In this document: positions 59,578 to 64,000 of the stretch, one piece after another
Numbering within the stretch: the stretch's first letter is position 1
Layout: each line of letters begins with the position of its first letter
NCBI GenBank assembly: GCA_964016885.1
Contig: OZ024746.1
Coordinates: 10,168,001-10,232,000, forward strand
Source: Eledone cirrhosa
Taxonomy: Eukaryota
DNA length: 64,000 bases
Reading direction: 5' to 3'
Notes under the pieces: model-generated
What the model was told of the DNA's origin: nothing
The model's database searches: none
The model's input: only the letters and a program-made list of their open reading frames with translations
Program-made: the position numbers and the translations under genes

Positions 59578-60698
59578 TATTGCATAATCGGCAGTAAGGC
59601 TGGCCTGCACGATATGCTGAAGCACTAGAAAGTTTTGTCCATTTCAAAGTGTATTGCAGGATAACCGAAGATGGCACTATATCGGCTGTACCTCTACCAC
59701 TTTTAAATCTCGTTGGTACCAACACCGTAGTTCGATAAAGAACATCAAATACCGTTCCGTAACTACCTTAGTCAATACAATTTGGCAGTTGCGCGAAAGT
59801 AACCTGCAATACACTTTGAAATGGACAAAACTCTCTAGTGCTTCCGCATATCGTGCAGGCCAGTCTTACTGCCGATTATGCAATATGGAGCTATTTTACA
59901 TACTAAAATCCAATTATACTCTTCTCAACAACAGAACGGAAAGGACTCTATACTGCAATCACAGACTCAAGGCTACCTTCTCTAAATACAAACCTGGCTT
60001 GATTTGATCCTGCGACTTCTGCCTTCCTCTATCTTCCTTCTACCTCCTCTATCTATCCCCATGGATTATTGCTATGCCTTCTATTAACCACATCTCCCCT
60101 ATTCAACATCTCCTCCTACATACTTTACAAGTCACTCGACATAATCTCCCTTGCCTCCATCTATCATAGATCGTAAACCTATCAACGTCTACCATCTCTC
60201 TAGCACACACACATAGTTGGACTAGTCCATATCTAGACTTCATTATCATATTTTATCCTCCCCTCTGTTTTACCTCAACAACTATGAAAAACCCCCCTAT
60301 CTCTCTCGTCTTTGTCACATCCTCCTTCTTCTCTACTTCAACTTCACATGAATTCCTATAAAAACCTGAACATTCTGGTGCGGTAAACATAATCTCTGAT
60401 GATATGGGATCGATTGTGCATTGGATGTCGAATGCTCTACTAAATATATAATATTATAGATGTAGCGAGATCTAGGCAAATTGATGTCTATTGAAACGTA
60501 CGTAAGAACTGAATAAATCTCTTTTACTGCATCTTTCTGTTCTTTTTAATTCTTTATACACGCCCCGGAATATAGCTAAACTGGAATATACACCTTTTTT
60601 CTGCATTTCGTTGAGCACCACTCTGTTGTAAGCTGACATTCCCCTACACGGTACATAACACTGTGTCCTGGAAAACATTAATGCACTCGTGCATAACC

Positions 60699-60701
<3 letters not shown>
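59578..60701 (+). mobile_element. 5'-truncated Penelope-like element: GIY-YIG C-terminus (to 60007), 5' inversion, 3' region with hammerhead
   Basis: YIGCT..FKSRWYQH..IWQL...CRLCNME..LNNRTE...CNH; 59578-59660 is an inverted copy of 59803-59885; ends in (TA)n. Confidence 0.85.
60393..60507 (+). ncRNA. Hammerhead with ~90-nt stem II in the 3' region of a Penelope-like element
   Basis: tct-CTGATGA(60396)-tatgggatcgatt...aattgatgtctatt-GAAA(60493)-cgtacg-TA-aga, AATAAA at 60512. Confidence 0.65.
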
Positions 60702-60736
<35 letters not shown>

Positions 60737-61005
60737 TATATATATAATATATATATATATATATAATATATATATATATGAACCACCTAATAGAATATTA
60801 GTCTACAACTTCTTTTATACCATAAACGTGGTTTTGTCTTTGCGTGTAATTATTTTTCACCGCTCCTAATAATGACGTATTATATTCGTTTTTCCCGTTC
60901 TTTGCCAGGGAACGTTTCCATGAACCAAAGTATCGTCTTCCTGTCTTCCTCCGGTTGCAACGTTTTTTGAAATATTCACTTCTGCTTTCACAGATTGACC
61001 TTGTT

Positions 61006-61056
61006 AGTTTCAGAAGATCCCATTAAGGATGAAAGCAGCGATTCTTTGCTTAAACT
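61006..61056 (+). ncRNA. Hammerhead-like motif with variant core CAGAAGA
   Basis: agttt-CAGAAGA-tcccattaaggat-GAAA-gca..tgc-TT-aaact then AATAAA. Confidence 0.5.
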
Positions 61057-62084
61057 TTAATCTGTTATTTTAATAAATATTTGCTCTACGGTTCTTATAT
61101 ATCCGATATATATTTATCCTTATCGAGCCCTCTTTGGATTTTAGTCTTCTAATTTATTATTATTACTATATATAATATATATATATAATATATATGAATA
61201 AAGTTAGTCCTTCATCAGTGATCTTCCAACCTTCATTGGTATTTCATCGCTTTAAAGACCATATACCTCCGGTTGGTGCGAGCAACGGCTAAAGAAAGTC
61301 GTTGGGACACGTAAATAAGGGGAACGAGCGAGACTGTAAACAATCAAAGATGGTAATGCAACGAAAAGTGAGGAAGAAGGAGTCAAGTCCCAGAATTCTA
61401 TGAATATAAGTTCTGTGAAATCGTGGACGAGAGAGAATAAAGACCATCAAACCTAGTCGAAATGTGAGCAAGGAAAGAATTTTACACAGGTTAAACGGGA
61501 GGAAGAAGGAGTCTAGTCCCTGAATTTGGTGAACATAAGTTCTGTGAAATCGTAGACAAGAGAGAAAAAAAAGGAACAACCAACCTGGTCAAGTGTGCGC
61601 GAGGAGAGAATTTCGCACAGGTCAAACGGGAGGAAGTAGGAGATGGAGTAGCAGAGAGTGAGTGAGTGAAGGGTGAGGAAGAGGCTAACAGAGAGAGTGG
61701 CTGTTAGAGAGGGTAAAGGGAGGTGAAAGATACAGAGAAAGAGGAAGCAGTAAGAATGAAATAGATGGGTCACAGCGGAGGAAAATATATGTGTGAATAT
61801 GAAAACACGACGTGCTGCGTGGTTGCAAATGGGTTACATATGAATAAAGTTAGTCCTTCATCAGTGATCTTCCAACCTTCATTGGTATTTCATCGCTTTA
61901 AAGACCATATACCTCTGGTTGGTGCGAGCAACGGCTAAAGAAAGTCGTTGGGACACGTAATATATATATACATACGTATATATATAATATATATATATAA
62001 TATATGTATATATATAATATATATATATATATAATATATATATATATATAATATATATATATATTTATTAAAATAACAGATTAA

Positions 62085-62135
62085 AGTTTAAGCAAAGAAT
62101 CGCTGCTTTCACTCTTAACGGGATCTTCTGAAACT
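62085..62135 (-). ncRNA. Second copy of the CAGAAGA hammerhead-like motif
   Basis: Reverse complement homologous to 61006-61056, followed by AATAAA and (TA)n. Confidence 0.5.
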
Positions 62136-62593
62136 AACAAAGTCAATCTGTAAACGCAGAAGTGGATATTTAAAAAAACGTTGCAACCGGAGGAAGACAG
62201 GAAGACGATACTTTAGTTCGTGGAAACGTTCCCTGGCAAAGAACGGGAAAAAACGAATATAATACGTCATTATTTGGAGCGGTGAAAAACAATTACACGC
62301 AAAGGCAGAACCACGTTTATGGTATAAAAGAGGTCGTAGACTCTTAGGTGGTTCATAGAGACGTTCTCTGGCAATGAACGGAACAAACGAAAATAATACG
62401 AACCACCTAAGAGAATATTAGTCTACGACTTCTTTTATACCATAAACGTGGTTCTGTCTTTGCGTGTAATTGTTTTTCACCGCTCCAAATAATGACGTAT
62501 TATATTCGTTTTTTCCCGTTCTTTGCCAGGGAACGTTTCCACGAACCAAAGTATCGTCTTCCTGTCTTCCTCCGGTTGCAACGTTTTTTTAAA

Positions 62594-62980
62594 TATCCAG
62601 TTATATATCCACTTATAATATCCACTTATATATCCACTTATAATATCCACTTATATATCCACTTATATATCCACTTCTATATCCACTTCTATATCCACTT
62701 ATATATCCACTTATATATCCACTTCTATATCCACTTATATATCCACTTATATATCCACTTATATATCCACTTATATATCCACTTATATATCCACTTCTAT
62801 ATCCACTTCTATATCCACTTATATATCCACTTATATATCCACTTATATATCCACTTATATATCCACTTATATATCCACTTATATATCCACTTATATATCC
62901 ACTTATATATCCACTTCTATATCCACTTCTATATCCACTTATATATCCACTTATATATCCACTTATATATCCACTTATAC
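62594..62980. repeat. 12-bp minisatellite (atccactt[a/c]tat)n
   Basis: About 30 units; explains the ISGY/HLYI pseudo-ORFs. Confidence 0.95.
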
Positions 62981-62991
62981 TTATATATATC

Positions 62992-63153
62992 GCCTGTCCA
63001 AAGGCAAGCTGAAAAGAGGCCAACAAAGATGACCTGGTGACGAACATTCCAAACTGACCTACAAACTGTCAACATCACCTGGCATGGATGTCAACAAGCT
63101 GTCGCTGACTTATGTTCCCCGACGGAATAAGCATGAATGTAAGTGAATGTAAT
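62992..63153 (+). mobile_element. 3' end of another RTE-like LINE
   Basis: Decayed KRPTKMTW*RTFQTDLQTVNITW and LCSPTE* followed by a taagtgaatg-type tail. Confidence 0.5.
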
Positions 63154-63399
63154 GTGTGTGCATGAATGTAAGTGTGCTTAGTGGGATGTTTGTATGTGCA
63201 TGCATGAATGTAAGTTTATGTAGTGCAAAGTGTGTGTAAATATGTATATAATAAAATGGGGAAAATATGTGTGCGATGTATGTGTGTGTGTGAGTCTAAG
63301 TGTATGTATGTATGTGTGTGTGAGAGTCTAAGTGTGTGTATGTATGTATGTGTGTGAGTCTAAGTGTGTTTGCCTAGTGAGGACATAGATTTAATTTGA

Positions 63400-64000
63400 A
63401 AGAAAGAATGAAACTGGCCGCTGGGATGTTGGAATACAGGCTTTAAATTAGCCATTCAGGTGCACTTCTTTCCATTCGATTATTGATCCTAGGTTTTAAT
63501 TGCTTAATTAAGAGGGCTTCCTTAATTCTCAGCGTGCCTAGACTGCATTCGGTAGCTAAGATTGTGGTGGTAATATTGTCCCAGTTTCCACATTTGATGA
63601 TGTGTTTGTGGAAGGAAGAGGAGTTGGTGTTAACATGTTCTTTAATAAGGAGATGGAATGGTCGAATACTGCTGCCTATGTAAAATAGATTGCACTTGTT
63701 ACATTCTAGCTGTATACTACGTAGGTACGTAGGCAATAATTAGTGTTACAGATAGGGCCATTCGCTAGGGTGCATCCGTTATCCCCGCTGGAGGCATCTT
63801 CGCAGGGAAGGTCCAGAGTGAGCTAGTTTGATATTGAGGCCCTCACTTCTGATGGCTTTGCATATGACGTTGGTGGTTTCCTCACTGAGAAGTGGGATCT
63901 TGAAGAAGCAACTGTTGTTTGTGTTGATTCGGTCTCTGGGCCTTGGGTAGAGAAGGAAGCTGGGTAGCTGTTAATCACTAGTACCTTGTGGATTCGTCTA
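63400..64000 (-). mobile_element. Penelope-like element, frameshifted: RT-EN linker and GIY-YIG endonuclease, running off the window end
   Basis: QLECNKCNLFYIGSSIRPFH..IKEH...FHKH...LRIKEALLIKQLKPRINNRME; upstream INSYP and FFKIPLLSEE linker. Confidence 0.85.

Noticed and set aside
60399-60492. SECIS element in the PLE 3' region
   Set aside because: ATGA is present but no apical AA at the right spacing, and no internal TGA in the visible ORF
62492-63047. HLYI/ISGY repeat proteins
   Set aside because: Translation of the 12-bp minisatellite

Overview
This is a very AT-rich eukaryotic window, and its repeat content points to a coleoid cephalopod, probably Octopus (inference). Nearly all ORFs in the track are (TA)n-type artefacts. 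Real coding content is the 3' part of one unidentified + strand gene: four phase-compatible exons at 1396-1500, 31837-31959, 35808-36045 and 38900-40227, including a ~30 kb intron. The rest is transposon-derived: RTE LINE pieces (one with a PHD-type zinc finger inside the ORF), a CR1 fragment, two Penelope-like GIY-YIG fragments, CORE- and Meta-type SINEs, and piggyBac- and mariner-like MITEs. The most striking signal is about 15 hammerhead-ribozyme (HHR) motifs from roughly 8 sequence families. They sit in short non-coding units inserted in (TA)n tracts, often as fold-back palindromes with one ribozyme on each strand. Several have recurrent non-canonical cores. All structures were folded by eye; no database search or folding program was run.
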